From contig CAWJIC010000033.1 of NCBI GenBank assembly GCA_963842755.1, forward strand, positions 66,452 to 130,451: 64,000 nt of DNA, given 5' to 3'. The position numbers and the translations under genes were made by a program. Source of the stretch: an uncultured Chloroflexia bacterium. Its GTDB lineage: Bacteria > Chloroflexota > Limnocylindria > Limnocylindrales > CSP1-4. Under the pieces are notes generated by a model. It was not told the origin of the DNA. It ran no database searches and saw only the letters and a program-made list of their open reading frames with translations. This document shows positions 17,183-27,283 of the stretch, one piece after another (the stretch's first letter is position 1; every line of letters starts with the position of its first letter).

Positions 17183-18418
17183 CTAGGCCGACTTGAACCG
17201 CGCCCAGAGCTCCGCCCGGTTCGGGTCGGTGAGCGTCACCGCCGCGCCGAACTCGAGCGGGGTGAGGAGCTTCGCGTCGGGATAGATGATCGGGTTGCCG
17301 GTGAAGGAGGCCGGCAGCAGCTCGGTGGCAGCCGAGTCGACCACCGGATAGCCGTGGAACTCGGCGTCCTTCGCCGCCACCTTCGGCGTGCTCATGAAGT
17401 CCAGGAACGCGTAGGCGGCCTCGCGGTGCGGGGCGCCGGCCACGACCGCGAAGAAGTCCGACCAGAGCTCGCCGCCCTCGCTGCCGATTACGTACTGGAT
17501 CGTCGGGATGTCGCGGTTGAGCTGGGCGCCGTCGCCGGTCCAGGCCATCGCGATCCAGGCGTCCTTGTTGCGCATCGGCGGCTGGTAGTCGCTGGTGATC
17601 GCGAAGAAGTGCTTCTTCGCGTCGACGAGCAGCTCCTCGGCCTTGGCCAGCTCGGCGGTGTCGACCGAGTTGAACGAGTAGCCGTAGTACTTGAGCGCGT
17701 TGCCGATCCCGGTCAGCTGGTAGTCGTGGATCGTGGCCTTGCCGGTGTAGTCGGTCCGCAGAAGATCCCAGTAGTCCTTCCAGCTCGTCATCGGCTTCGT
17801 CACGAACTCGGTGTTGATGACGTAACCGGTCGTGCCCCAGTCCTTGTTGACGCCCAGCCGGGTCCCGGAGCCGGCCGGGTAGATGCCCGGCTCGAGGAAG
17901 CGCTGCTCATACCGGCTGGCGTCGAAGCGGGGGATCTTGGTGAGGTCCAGCGGCTCGAGGAGCTTGAGCTTCCCGTACGTCTCGAAGGTGTAGTTCGTCG
18001 GCACGAGGACGTCCCAGCCGGTGCCGCCGGCCTGCAGCTTGGCCAGCATCTCCTCGTTCGAGCCGAAGATCGTCAGGTTGACCTTCACGCCTGTCAGGTC
18101 GCTGAACTGCTGGATCGTCTTGGGGTCGTGGTAGTTCGGCCAGGTCGTGAGGTAGAGCTCCTTGCCCAGGTCGACGCCCGCCGGCGGCGCCCAGTCCGCG
18201 TTCGGGTCGATCGTCGGGGCGGCCGACGGCGCGCTCGAGGCCGGCGCGCTCGAGGCCGGGGCCGCGGAGGCCGGTGCCGTGGATGCCGAACCCGTTGGCG
18301 CGCAGGCAGCCAGGACGGCCGCAGCCGTCGTCAGGCCGGTCACCTTCATGAACTGACGGCGAGAGATGTGGCCCCGCTCCAACGCCCTATAGTGTTTCAG
18401 GAACTCGTCTCGTTCCAC
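17183..18418 (-). CDS. Extracellular solute-binding protein (PotD/PotF-like) with Tat/lipobox signal
   Basis: SRRQFMKVTGLTTAAAVLAAC signal, followed by an Ala/Ser/Pro linker and an SBP family 1-like body. Confidence 0.75.
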   Translation of the reverse strand: MERDEFLKHYRALERGHISRRQFMKVTGLTTAAAVLAACAPTGSASTAPASAAPASSAPASSAPSAAPTIDPNADWAPPAGVDLGKELYLTTWPNYHDPKTIQQFSDLTGVKVNLTIFGSNEEMLAKLQAGGTGWDVLVPTNYTFETYGKLKLLEPLDLTKIPRFDASRYEQRFLEPGIYPAGSGTRLGVNKDWGTTGYVINTEFVTKPMTSWKDYWDLLRTDYTGKATIHDYQLTGIGNALKYYGYSFNSVDTAELAKAEELLVDAKKHFFAITSDYQPPMRNKDAWIAMAWTGDGAQLNRDIPTIQYVIGSEGGELWSDFFAVVAGAPHREAAYAFLDFMSTPKVAAKDAEFHGYPVVDSAATELLPASFTGNPIIYPDAKLLTPLEFGAAVTLTDPNRAELWARFKSA

Positions 18419-18522
18419 CGATCATCCTCCTCAGCCCGATGAGTCCCCTGTGTCGCCGAGAGGTCCGCCGACGTGAACCAGGACTTGACGGGCCCGGTCA
18501 TTATGCGGTCAGTTCTCCTGGC

Positions 18523-18548
18523 GTCAAGGGACGATTCCGTCCCTTGAC
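18523..18548. promoter_or_regulatory. Perfect 11-bp inverted repeat gtcaagggacg-attc-cgtcccttgac in the divergent promoter region
   Basis: Read from the sequence. It lies between the SBP gene start (18418) and the XRE-cupin regulator start (18667), so it is a candidate operator. Confidence 0.35.
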
Positions 18549-18666
18549 TCGATCCCGGCATCACAGCCTGGACCGAGCCTCAGCTTGGCGCTGGTCTTGA
18601 CAGTGTGATCATGCTTCACAGGACTGTTGAAGGCCCGCTCCGGGCGGCCGAGGGGCGCCGGGGTGC

Positions 18667-19254
18667 GTGGAAGGGACGGAGGGAAGGCTGAGCGTGGCGA
18701 TTCAGGTCGAGATCGAGTTGGGCGAGCGGCTGCGCAAGCTGCGGTCCGCGCGCGAGCTCTCGCTCCGGGATCTGGCCGATCAGAGCGGTCTGACTGCGAG
18801 CTTCATCTCGCAGGTGGAGCGAGGCCGGGCCAGCCCCTCGATCGCGTCGCTCGCTCGACTCGCCAAGGTTCTCGAGGTGAACGTCGGCCACTTCTTCGAG
18901 CCGGCTCCGCGGACCGGTCGGTTTGTTCGCCGCGACGAGCGACGCACGATCCTCCTGCGCGGCCTCGGTGAGGTTGACGAGTACGTCACGGCCGACCCTG
19001 CAGGCAAGCTACAAGTGGCGATCTGCACGTTCGAGGTCGGCGGACGCAGCGCCGAGGTGCCCTTCGTCCACGAGTCCGACGAGGAGTGCGTCCTGGTGCT
19101 CGAAGGCCGGCTCGAGGTCGTCGTGGGAGGGGACGACTACATCCTCGAGGTCGGCGATGCCATCACGTACTCGCCGCAGGTTCCCCACGTGGCCCGCAAC
19201 GTCGGGTCGGCGCCGGCGAAGGCGATCTTCGTCATGACGCCTCCCAGCTTCTGA
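18667..19254 (+). CDS. XRE-family HTH regulator with C-terminal cupin domain (PuuR-like)
   Basis: LGERLRKLRSARELSLRDLADQSGLTASFISQVERG HTH segment, plus a cupin with DAITYSPQVPH. Confidence 0.8.
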   Translation: MEGTEGRLSVAIQVEIELGERLRKLRSARELSLRDLADQSGLTASFISQVERGRASPSIASLARLAKVLEVNVGHFFEPAPRTGRFVRRDERRTILLRGLGEVDEYVTADPAGKLQVAICTFEVGGRSAEVPFVHESDEECVLVLEGRLEVVVGGDDYILEVGDAITYSPQVPHVARNVGSAPAKAIFVMTPPSF

Positions 19255-19264
19255 GGCCCCCGCC

Positions 19265-20716
19265 TCAGCTCGCGGCGGCGGGCGTCGTCAGGGCCGGCGC
19301 GGGGCCACCGCCAAGGTACGTCTGGATCGCGGCCGCGGCGCGTTTGCCGTCGCCCATCGCCAGGATGACCGTCGCCGCGCCGCGGACGATGTCACCACCG
19401 GCGAAGACCCCCGGCATGCTGGTCATCCCGGTCTCATCGACCTCGATGTAGCCGAACTGGTTGACCCGCAGGTCCGGCGCCGTGGAGGTCAGCAGCGGGT
19501 TGGACCGCGTCCCGATCGCCACGACGACCATCTCGCACGGGACCTCGAACTCGGAGCCCGGGATCGGCTCGGGTCGCGCACGCCCCGACGCATCCGCCTC
19601 GCCCAGCGCCATGCGAACGCAGCGCAGTGCCCGGACCCAGCCGGCGTCGTCGCCGAGCACCTCGGTCGGTGCGGACAGGAACTCGAACCGGATGCCCTCC
19701 TGCTCCGCGTGGTGGACCTCTTCCGCCCGCGCGGGGAGCTCGTCGTGGCCCCGTCGGTAGACGATCACCGCGTCGTCGGCGCCGAGCCGTCGGGCGGTCC
19801 GGACCGAGTCCATCGCCACGTTCCCGCCGCCGACGACGGCGACCCGATGGCCGTGCAGGATCGGGGTCTCCGATTCCGCGTTCCAGGCGCCCATGAGGTT
19901 CACCCGGGTCAGGTACTCGTTGGCGGAGTAGACGCCCTTGAGGTTCTCACCCGGGACGTTCATGAACACCGGCAGCCCGGCGCCCACGGCGAGAAAGACG
20001 GCGTCGAAGCGCTCGCGCAGCTCGGGCAACGTCCAGGTCTTGCCGATGATCGAGTTGGGCACGATCTTCACGCCATCGGCCTTCAGCCGGTCCACCTCCG
20101 CCTGGACGATGTCCTTGGGCAGGCGGAACTCGGGGATGCCGTACACCAGGACACCGCCGGCGGCATGGAATGCCTCGAAGATCGTCACGTCGTGGCCGAC
20201 CTTGACGAGCTCACCGGCCGCGGTGAGACCGGCCGGGCCGGAGCCGACGATCGCGACGGTCCTGCCGGTCGGCTCCGGCCGGTGGTGGGCCAGGGCGGCT
20301 GGGTGCGCCTGTGCCCAGTCCGCGACGAACCGCTCCAGGTGACCGATGGCCACCGAGGTGCCCTTCTTCGCGCGCAGACAGACGCCTTCGCACTGGGTCT
20401 CCTGGGGGCAGACCCGGCCGGTCACGCAGGGGAGCGCGTTGTCGTCGAGCAGGGAGTCCGCGGCCCCCGGCAGGTCGCCCTCCCGGAGGAGCTTGAGGAA
20501 CCGCGGGATGTTCACGCTGACCGGGCAGCCGCCGACGCAGTACGGCTTGGGGCACATGAGGCACCGTTCGGCCTCGAGCATGGCGATCTGCACCGTGAGC
20601 CCGAGATTGACCTCTCGGAAGTTGACCGCCCGGACGGCGGGGTCCTGCTCCGGCATGGCCACCCGATCGATGGCCATTCGTTCCTTCGGGGTGAGCGGGG
20701 GACGCTGCTCGGTCAT
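19265..20716 (-). CDS. NADPH-dependent glutamate-synthase-beta-like oxidoreductase (NfnB/SudA-type)
   Basis: N-terminal Fe-S Cys clusters (CLMCPKPYCVGGCP, CPQETQCEGVC), VAIVGSGPAGL and VAVVGGGNVAMD dinucleotide folds. Starts at MTEQRPPL. Confidence 0.85.
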   Translation of the reverse strand: MTEQRPPLTPKERMAIDRVAMPEQDPAVRAVNFREVNLGLTVQIAMLEAERCLMCPKPYCVGGCPVSVNIPRFLKLLREGDLPGAADSLLDDNALPCVTGRVCPQETQCEGVCLRAKKGTSVAIGHLERFVADWAQAHPAALAHHRPEPTGRTVAIVGSGPAGLTAAGELVKVGHDVTIFEAFHAAGGVLVYGIPEFRLPKDIVQAEVDRLKADGVKIVPNSIIGKTWTLPELRERFDAVFLAVGAGLPVFMNVPGENLKGVYSANEYLTRVNLMGAWNAESETPILHGHRVAVVGGGNVAMDSVRTARRLGADDAVIVYRRGHDELPARAEEVHHAEQEGIRFEFLSAPTEVLGDDAGWVRALRCVRMALGEADASGRARPEPIPGSEFEVPCEMVVVAIGTRSNPLLTSTAPDLRVNQFGYIEVDETGMTSMPGVFAGGDIVRGAATVILAMGDGKRAAAAIQTYLGGGPAPALTTPAAAS

Positions 20717-21618
20717 CGGGCGATATTCTCGATGGCCGAGCCGGCCGCCGCGGCGGCGCTCGCGGGGTCCGCCTCGGCGCGCTGGGCCAAGGCCGGGATG
20801 AGGCAGGCCTCCCGGCGAGCGAGGGCCTGCTGCTCGAATTCGCGATACGTCGTGAGCCGGTCCGACAGGTTCTTGAAGTCGACCAGGTGGCCGTCGAACT
20901 CCGGGCCGTCCACGCAGGCGTACTTCGTCTCGCCCCCGATCGAGACCCGGCAGCCGCCGCACATCCCGGTTCCGTCGACCATGATCGCGTTGAGGGAGAC
21001 GGTGGTCCTGATCGCGTACGGCCGCGTCAACTCGGAGATCGCGCGCATCATCGGAACCGGGCCCACGGCGAAGATCTCGTCGATGCCACCCGCCTCGCAC
21101 AGGTCCTTCAGGGCCTCGGTCACGAAGCCGTGCCGGCCGTAGCTGCCGTCGTCCGTGCAGACGATGACCTCGCCGGCGGTCCGCAGCTCGTCCTCGAGAA
21201 TGACCCACTCCCGGGACCGGCCGCCGATGACGCTGGTCACCCTGACCCCGCGCCGGTGGAGCTCCTGGGCGATCGGGTAGACGACTGCCGTCCCGACCCC
21301 GCCGCCGACGCACACGGCATGCCCGCGCTCGATCAGGTCGGTCGCCCGCCCGAGCGGCCCGGCGACGTCCTGGATCGCCTCACCCACCTCGAGCGCGACG
21401 AGATCCATCGTGCTCGCGCCGATCGCCTGGATGATCAGGCTGATCGTGCCGGCGACCGGGTCCGCGTCGGCGATCGTCAGCGGGATCCGCTCGGCGCCCT
21501 CACCGCGGCGGACGATGACGAACTGGCCGGGCCGGCGGATCTCGGCGATCCGGGGCGCCTCGACGATGAGGCGGGTGACGTTGGGCGAGAGCTGGCTCTT
21601 CGCGACGATCAGGTGCAT
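20713..21618 (-). CDS. PyrK-like FAD/[2Fe-2S] electron-transfer subunit (NfnA/SudB-type)
   Basis: RIPLTIA flavin motif, GGGVGTAVVYP, and GTGMCGGCRV...YACVDGPEF cluster motif. The stop overlaps the downstream start (ATGA). Confidence 0.8.
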   Translation of the reverse strand: MHLIVAKSQLSPNVTRLIVEAPRIAEIRRPGQFVIVRRGEGAERIPLTIADADPVAGTISLIIQAIGASTMDLVALEVGEAIQDVAGPLGRATDLIERGHAVCVGGGVGTAVVYPIAQELHRRGVRVTSVIGGRSREWVILEDELRTAGEVIVCTDDGSYGRHGFVTEALKDLCEAGGIDEIFAVGPVPMMRAISELTRPYAIRTTVSLNAIMVDGTGMCGGCRVSIGGETKYACVDGPEFDGHLVDFKNLSDRLTTYREFEQQALARREACLIPALAQRAEADPASAAAAAGSAIENIAR

Positions 21619-21711
21619 CCGGTTCCGTCCCTCTGCAATTTCCCGGGGGATCGTCGCGCACGCAGCCCGGTCGACTCATTCGCCGTTGCGCATGAATCGG
21701 CGTGCCGAAGG

Positions 21712-22551
21712 TCACCCACGATCCGGGACCTCGGCGCCGGCCGGAGTCACGGCGACCCCGGCGTCCTTGCCCTTCGGCCAGTAGAGCTCCTTCTTGACGT
21801 GGAACTCGGGGAAGCCGCGGTCCATCAGCTCGGCCTCGACGTTGAGGATCATGTCCGGGTTGCCGCAGATGTAGACGACGGTCCGCTCCGGCCGCAGCTC
21901 GAGGTCATGGCAGACCGCGCCGACGACGGCCTCGGCTCGGCCCACGCGTCCCGTCCAGGCGGCGTTCCGGGGGTCGTTCGGGCGGGAGATCGTCGGGACA
22001 TAGCGGACCGGGTACGTGCCGTCGCGCTCCCAACCCTCGAGCAGGTCGCGATAGCCCAGCTCGTCCTCGAAGGAGCAACCGTGGAGCACCACCGTCTTCC
22101 GCGGCCGGCCCTCGGCCATCGCCTCGCGAATCATCGAGATGAACGGGGCGAGACCCGTCCCGGTCGACACGAACAGGTGGGTCCGGTCGTCGTCTGGCTC
22201 GAGCAGGAACTTGCCCTTCGGTCCGATCATCCGCATCTCCTGTCCGATCGGCAACCGCCACAGCAGGGTCGTGAACCGGAGGATCGGCACGAGCCGGACG
22301 TAGAACTCGTAGCCGCCCTCGCCCGCCTCGACCGGCGCCGAGGCGACCGAGTACGGGCGCTGCACGAGCTTGCCGTCCGCGAACACCCCGATCGTCATGT
22401 ACTGCCCGGGCTCGAACCGGACCGGCTCGCCGTCGAACTTCACCCAGAAGCAGGCGAGGTCGTCGGTCTGGTCGACGCGTCGCACGAGCCGGGCGTTGTA
22501 CTGCTCGGCCTTCGGGTGAATCGCGCGAGAGTCCTCGGGGAGCTCGGTCAT
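21712..22551 (-). CDS. Ferredoxin--NADP+ reductase (FAD_binding_6/NAD_binding_1 type)
   Basis: RPYSVAS FAD motif and VSTGTGLAPF NAD(P) motif. Confidence 0.8.
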   Translation of the reverse strand: MTELPEDSRAIHPKAEQYNARLVRRVDQTDDLACFWVKFDGEPVRFEPGQYMTIGVFADGKLVQRPYSVASAPVEAGEGGYEFYVRLVPILRFTTLLWRLPIGQEMRMIGPKGKFLLEPDDDRTHLFVSTGTGLAPFISMIREAMAEGRPRKTVVLHGCSFEDELGYRDLLEGWERDGTYPVRYVPTISRPNDPRNAAWTGRVGRAEAVVGAVCHDLELRPERTVVYICGNPDMILNVEAELMDRGFPEFHVKKELYWPKGKDAGVAVTPAGAEVPDRG

Positions 22552-22844
22552 CGCGGGCGTCGCGCCTCCTTGCGTGGGCGGGCTTGGTCGGCGGGATGGC
22601 TGGAGTCGGTGGTCGGGGTCGCCGGCCCAAGGCCCCGGCGCGAGGCCCCGGCGACGATATCCAGTCTACCGAGGTGGGCCGTTTCCGGACGGTGTCGCCT
22701 CGGTCGCCGCGTCCGTGCCGAACGGTGACCGCAACCTTGCCGTCAGGCGCCCGTCGGGACGCCCACGAGTACAATCCTCCCGACAGCAGACCGGTCCCGC
22801 GCCGCCCGGCGCCAGAGCTCCAGATCCCGGAGGACCCCGCCCCC

Positions 22845-25648
22845 ATGACCCAGACCGCCGCGACCACGGCCGGAGCGCGCCCACCGCGCCGCGAAGCGCT
22901 ACATCTACGCCTGGGGCGGCGGTCGGGCAGAGGGGGACGCCAGGATGAAGGACCTCCTCGGCGGGAAGGGCTCCGGGCTGGCCGAGATGACCAACGCGGG
23001 CCTCCCGGTCCCGCCCGGCTTCACGATCACGACCGAGGCCTGCAACGACTACTTCGCCGCCGGCGAGCGCCTCCCGGACGGGCTCTGGGAGGACGTCCTC
23101 GAGGCGGTGCGGGAGATCGAGCGGGAGACCGGCAAGGGCTTCGGCGACCCGGCCAACCCGCTCCTGGTCAGCGTCCGATCCGGCGCGAAGTTCTCGATGC
23201 CCGGGATGATGGACACCGTCCTCAACCTCGGCCTGAACGAGCAGACGCTCCAGGGCCTGATCGCCCTGACCGGCAACGAGCGCTTCGGCTGGGACGCCTA
23301 CCGGCGGTTCATCCAGATGTTCGGCCGGATCGTGATGGGCGTCGAGGGCGAGCAGTTCGATCACGCCATGGACGCGGCGAAGCACGCCCGCGGGCGCCAA
23401 GCTCGACACGGACCTCGACGCGGCGCGCCCTGCGGGAGGTCGCCGACGCGTTCAAGGCGATCGTGCGCGAGTCGACACCGGCCGCGACGTTCCCGAGCGA
23501 CCCGTACGAGCAGCTGGACCTGGCGATCAAGGCCGTCTTCGCCTCGTGGTTCGGCAAGCGCGCCCGCGACTACCGCGAGTACAACAAGATCGCCCACGAC
23601 CTGGGCACCGCCGTCAACGTCCTGACCATGGTCTTCGGCAACATGGGCGACGACTCCGGCACCGGCGTCGCGTTCACCCGCGACCCGAGCACGGCGCGAA
23701 GGTCCTCTACGGCGAGTACCTCACCAACGCCCAGGGCGAGGACGTGGTGGCCGGCATCCGGACGCCGAAGAAGATCAGCCACCTGGCCGAGGACCTGCCG
23801 GAGGCCTACGCCGAGTTCCAGCGGATCGGCGAGCAGCTCGAGCGCCACTACCGGGACGTCCAGGACCTCGAGTTCACGATCGAGCGCGGGAAGCTCTACA
23901 TGCTCCAGACCCGGAGCGCGAAGCGGACCGCCGCCGCCGCCGTGAAGATCGCCGCCGACATGGTGGACGAGGGGATCATCACGAAGCGGGAGGCGCTCGC
24001 CCGGATCGAGCCGGCCCAGGTCGACCAGCTCCTGCGCGACCAGTACGACCCCAAGGCCCTGGCGGCCGCGACGCAGGTCGCCAAGGGGCTCAATGCCTCG
24101 CCCGGGGCCGCCGTCGGTCGCGCGGTCTTCTCGGCCGACACCGCCGTCGAGTGGGTCGCCCGCGGCGAGAAGGTCGTCCTCGTCCGGATCGAGACCTCGC
24201 CGGACGACTTCCATGGGATGGCCGTCGCCCAGGGGATCCTGACCGCCCGCGGCGGGGCAACCTCCCATGCGGCCGTGGTCGCCCGCCAGATCGGCAAGCC
24301 GTGCGTCGCCGGCTGCGCCGAGCTCGTCATCGACTACGCCTCGAAGACCGCCCGGAGCTCGGAGTCCGGGGCCGGCTTCGCCGAGGGCGACTGGATCAGC
24401 CTCGACGGCTCGACCGGCCAGCTCTACGCCGGCGCGCTGCCGACCGTCTCGGCACGCTACGAGGACCAGCACGACCTCCAGGTCGTCCTCGGCTGGGCGG
24501 ACGAGGTCCGCCGGATGCAGGTCTGGACGAACGCCGACAAGCCCGAGGAGGCCGCCCAGGCCCGGAGCTACGGCGCGCAGGGGATCGGCCTGTGCCGGAC
24601 CGAGCACATGTTCCGCGAGGGCGAGCGGCTGGACATCGTCCGCGGCGCGATCCTCGTCGCCAACGTGGCGACCCGGGCGAAGGACAGGCGCGCGGCCGGC
24701 GAGGCGCTCGACGCGGCCGAGGCGGCCGCGGTCGCCGAGTTCGACGCGGCGATGGCCAAGCTGGAGACGCTCCAGCAGGGCGACTTCGAGGGGATCTTCC
24801 GGGCGATGGACGGCCTGCCGGTCGTCATCCGCCTGATCGACCCGCCGCTCCACGAGTTCCTGCCCTCCCACGAGGAGCTCCTGGAGACGGTCGTCCGGTT
24901 GCGGACCCTGGGGACCCCAGAGGCGGACCCGGCCTACGCCGAGGCCCGGACCCTCCTGGCCGCCGTCCAGCGGCTGCGCGAGCAGAACCCGATGCTCGGG
25001 CTGCGCGGCTGCCGGCTCGGCCTGATGATCCCCGACTTCGTGAAGGTCCAGACCCGGGCGATCCTCAACGCCCAGATCGCCGTGAAGCGCGCCGGCGGGG
25101 ACCCGCGGGCGGAGATCATGATTCCGCTCGTCGGGCACGTGAACGAGCTCAAGGTGACCCGCGGGCTGCTCGAGGCCGAGGCGAAGGCCGTCGAGGGGGC
25201 GGCCGGCGTGACCGTCGACTACAAGTTCGGGACGATGATCGAGATCCCGCGCGCCTGCTGGGTCGCCGACGAGATCGCCCAGTACGCCGAGTTCTTCAGC
25301 TTCGGCACGAACGACCTGACCCAGATGACGTTCGGCTACAGCCGCGACGATGCCGAGGGCGGCTTCCTCCTGAAGTACGTCGAGGACGGGATCCTCCCGG
25401 AGAACCCGTTCCAGACGCTCGACGACGTGATCGTCGCCGAGATGGCCCTCGCGGTCGAGAAGGGCCGCGGCGCCCGGCCGGGTCTCAAGATCGGGATCTG
25501 CGGCGAGCACGGCGGGGACCCCGCCTCGATCGCCAAGTGCGAGCGGATCGGCCTCGACTACGTGTCCTGCTCGCCGTTCCGCGTCCCGGTCGCCCGCCTG
25601 GCCGCCGCCCAGGCCGCCCTCACCGGCGCCGCCGAGCGCGACAAGTAG
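22845..25648 (+). pseudogene. ppdK: Pyruvate, phosphate dikinase, with four indels in the N-terminal third as assembled
   Basis: Conserved PPDK sequence is recovered only by switching frames at about 22880, 23392, 23428 and 23693. The pieces are KRYIYAWGGG..MKDLLGGKGSGLAEM..., AKLDTDLDAA, LREVADAFKAIV...VAFTRDPST and GAKVLYGEYLTNAQGEDVVAGIRTP... to the end. From 23696 on, 650 aa are intact, including the GGATSHAAVVAR phospho-His motif and the PEP-utilizer TIM barrel. Confidence 0.85.
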
Positions 25649-25672
25649 GCCCGGGCGGTCACTCCCGGTCCC

Positions 25673-25762
25673 GATATCACGACCATTGCTGGCGGGCGTG
25701 CTCCGGACCACCTGAGGCCGGCCCGGAGCACGATAGCTGGCGGGATATCACGACCATTGCTG
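25673..25762 (+). repeat. 19-bp perfect direct repeat gatatcacgaccattgctg (25673-25691 and 25744-25762) bracketing the hairpin
   Basis: Read from the sequence. Confidence 0.8.
25697..25732 (+). terminator. 10-bp stem hairpin (cgtgctccgg / ccggagcacg) downstream of ppdK, without a U tract
   Basis: Read from the sequence. It is flanked by a 19-bp direct repeat. Confidence 0.3.
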
Positions 25763-25868
25763 CGCCGAGCCGTCTCGGGGCCGCGGCCGGGCGATTCGGA
25801 GGCCAGGCGGCCCGCGAACCGCGCCTGCTAATCATGCTGGTGATAATCGGCCGCGGGGGGCGGTCGCC

Positions 25869-27266
25869 TCAGACGCCGAACGGCGCGTAGCCGTCGGCCA
25901 CGAGCGGCCAGGGTCGGGCCGCCTCCCAGGCCTCCGCGAACGACAGCAGGAGGTCCTCGCCGAAGCGCGGTCCGGTGACCTGGAGCCCGAACGGCACGCC
26001 GTTTGGGTGGCGCCCCGCCGGCATTGACAGCGCGGGATGGCCGGTGAGGTCCTGCTGCTCCGTGTTGTAGACCCAGGCGGGCAGGCCGGGCTCGGTTCGC
26101 CCGGGCAGCACCCCCTCGGCGCTCCAGCCCTCGACCGCCAGGGTCGGGGTGAGGAGCAGGCCATCGGTGCCGAGGAGCTCGTCGAGCTCGCGGGTGTAGC
26201 GGAACCGGCGCCGCCGTGCCCCCACGTAGGCTTCGCACGGCAACTCGAGCGCCATCCGCATGTAGCCCAGGAAGACCGGGTCGAGGAGGTCCGCCGCGCG
26301 CTCGATCGTCTCGCGGCCAAGGTCGAACGCCTGCTCGGTGGCCACGATTCGGAACAGGTCGTCCACCTCGTAGCCCGAGCGGAAGATCGCCTCCGGCTCA
26401 AGCTCCTCGACCGGCAGCCCGAGGTCCCGCTCGACCGTCTCCAGGGCGGCCCGGAAGGCCGCCGCGACGGCGTCGGGCAGCGGCGGACCGGCGACGAACC
26501 GGGGGGCCGCCAGGACTCGACGCGGTCGTCCCCCCGGCCCGGGCTGCCAGCGGGGGAGGGCTCCCGGGTCTCCAGCGACGGGACCGGCCAGGATAGCCAG
26601 CAGGTGGCGCACGTCGGCGACCGTCGTCGCCAGCGGGCCGTGGTTGTTGAGGTCCTGGGAGGCCAGCATCGGGTCGCGCCCGATCAGGCCGCCCGTCGGC
26701 TTGAGGCCGACCAGGCCGCTGGCGGAGGCCGGGATCCGGATCGAGCCCCCGACGTCGGTCGCCGTCGCGATCGGGGCCAGTCCGGCCGCGATCGCTGCCG
26801 ACGAGCCGCCCGACGAGCCTCCCGGGGACCAGGCCGGAGCCCACGGGTTGCGGGTGGCCCCGAAGAGCGCATTCGCGGTGAAGCCCTCGAAGGCGAACTC
26901 GGGCACGTTCGTCTTGCCGATCAGGATCGCGCCGGCGGCGCGCAACCGACCGGCCACGACCCCGTCATGCGAGGCGGGTGGCGCGTCGGCGTACAGCCGC
27001 GAGCCGAAGGTCGTGGGCAGGCCAGCCGCGTCCTCGATGTCCTTGACGAGCAGGGGCAGCCCGGCGAGCTCACCGGCCGGCTCGCCTCGCCCGATCGTCG
27101 CGTCGAGCGCCCGGGCGTCGGCCAGGGCGCCCTCGGGGCGGAGCGCGACCACGGCGTTGAGATCGCGCGCGGCATCGATTCGCCGAAGGGATTCCTCGAC
27201 GAGTGCGACCGCCGAGACACGCCCGTCCCTGACCAGACCGGCAAGGAATGCGAGCTGACCGTCCAC
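25869..27266 (-). CDS. Amidase (amidase-signature family)
   Basis: GGSSGGSSAAIAAG and KPTGGLI AS-family motifs. GTG start at 27266 inferred. Confidence 0.85.
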   Translation of the reverse strand: MDGQLAFLAGLVRDGRVSAVALVEESLRRIDAARDLNAVVALRPEGALADARALDATIGRGEPAGELAGLPLLVKDIEDAAGLPTTFGSRLYADAPPASHDGVVAGRLRAAGAILIGKTNVPEFAFEGFTANALFGATRNPWAPAWSPGGSSGGSSAAIAAGLAPIATATDVGGSIRIPASASGLVGLKPTGGLIGRDPMLASQDLNNHGPLATTVADVRHLLAILAGPVAGDPGALPRWQPGPGGRPRRVLAAPRFVAGPPLPDAVAAAFRAALETVERDLGLPVEELEPEAIFRSGYEVDDLFRIVATEQAFDLGRETIERAADLLDPVFLGYMRMALELPCEAYVGARRRRFRYTRELDELLGTDGLLLTPTLAVEGWSAEGVLPGRTEPGLPAWVYNTEQQDLTGHPALSMPAGRHPNGVPFGLQVTGPRFGEDLLLSFAEAWEAARPWPLVADGYAPFGV

Positions 27267-27283
27267 GAGCCGTCCCCCGCTAG

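Noticed and set aside
18604-18620. CRP/GlxR-type site TGTGA...TCACA in the pot-like promoter region.
   Set aside because: The spacer is 7 nt rather than the canonical 6. I kept it only as a generic palindrome inside the regulatory-region finding.
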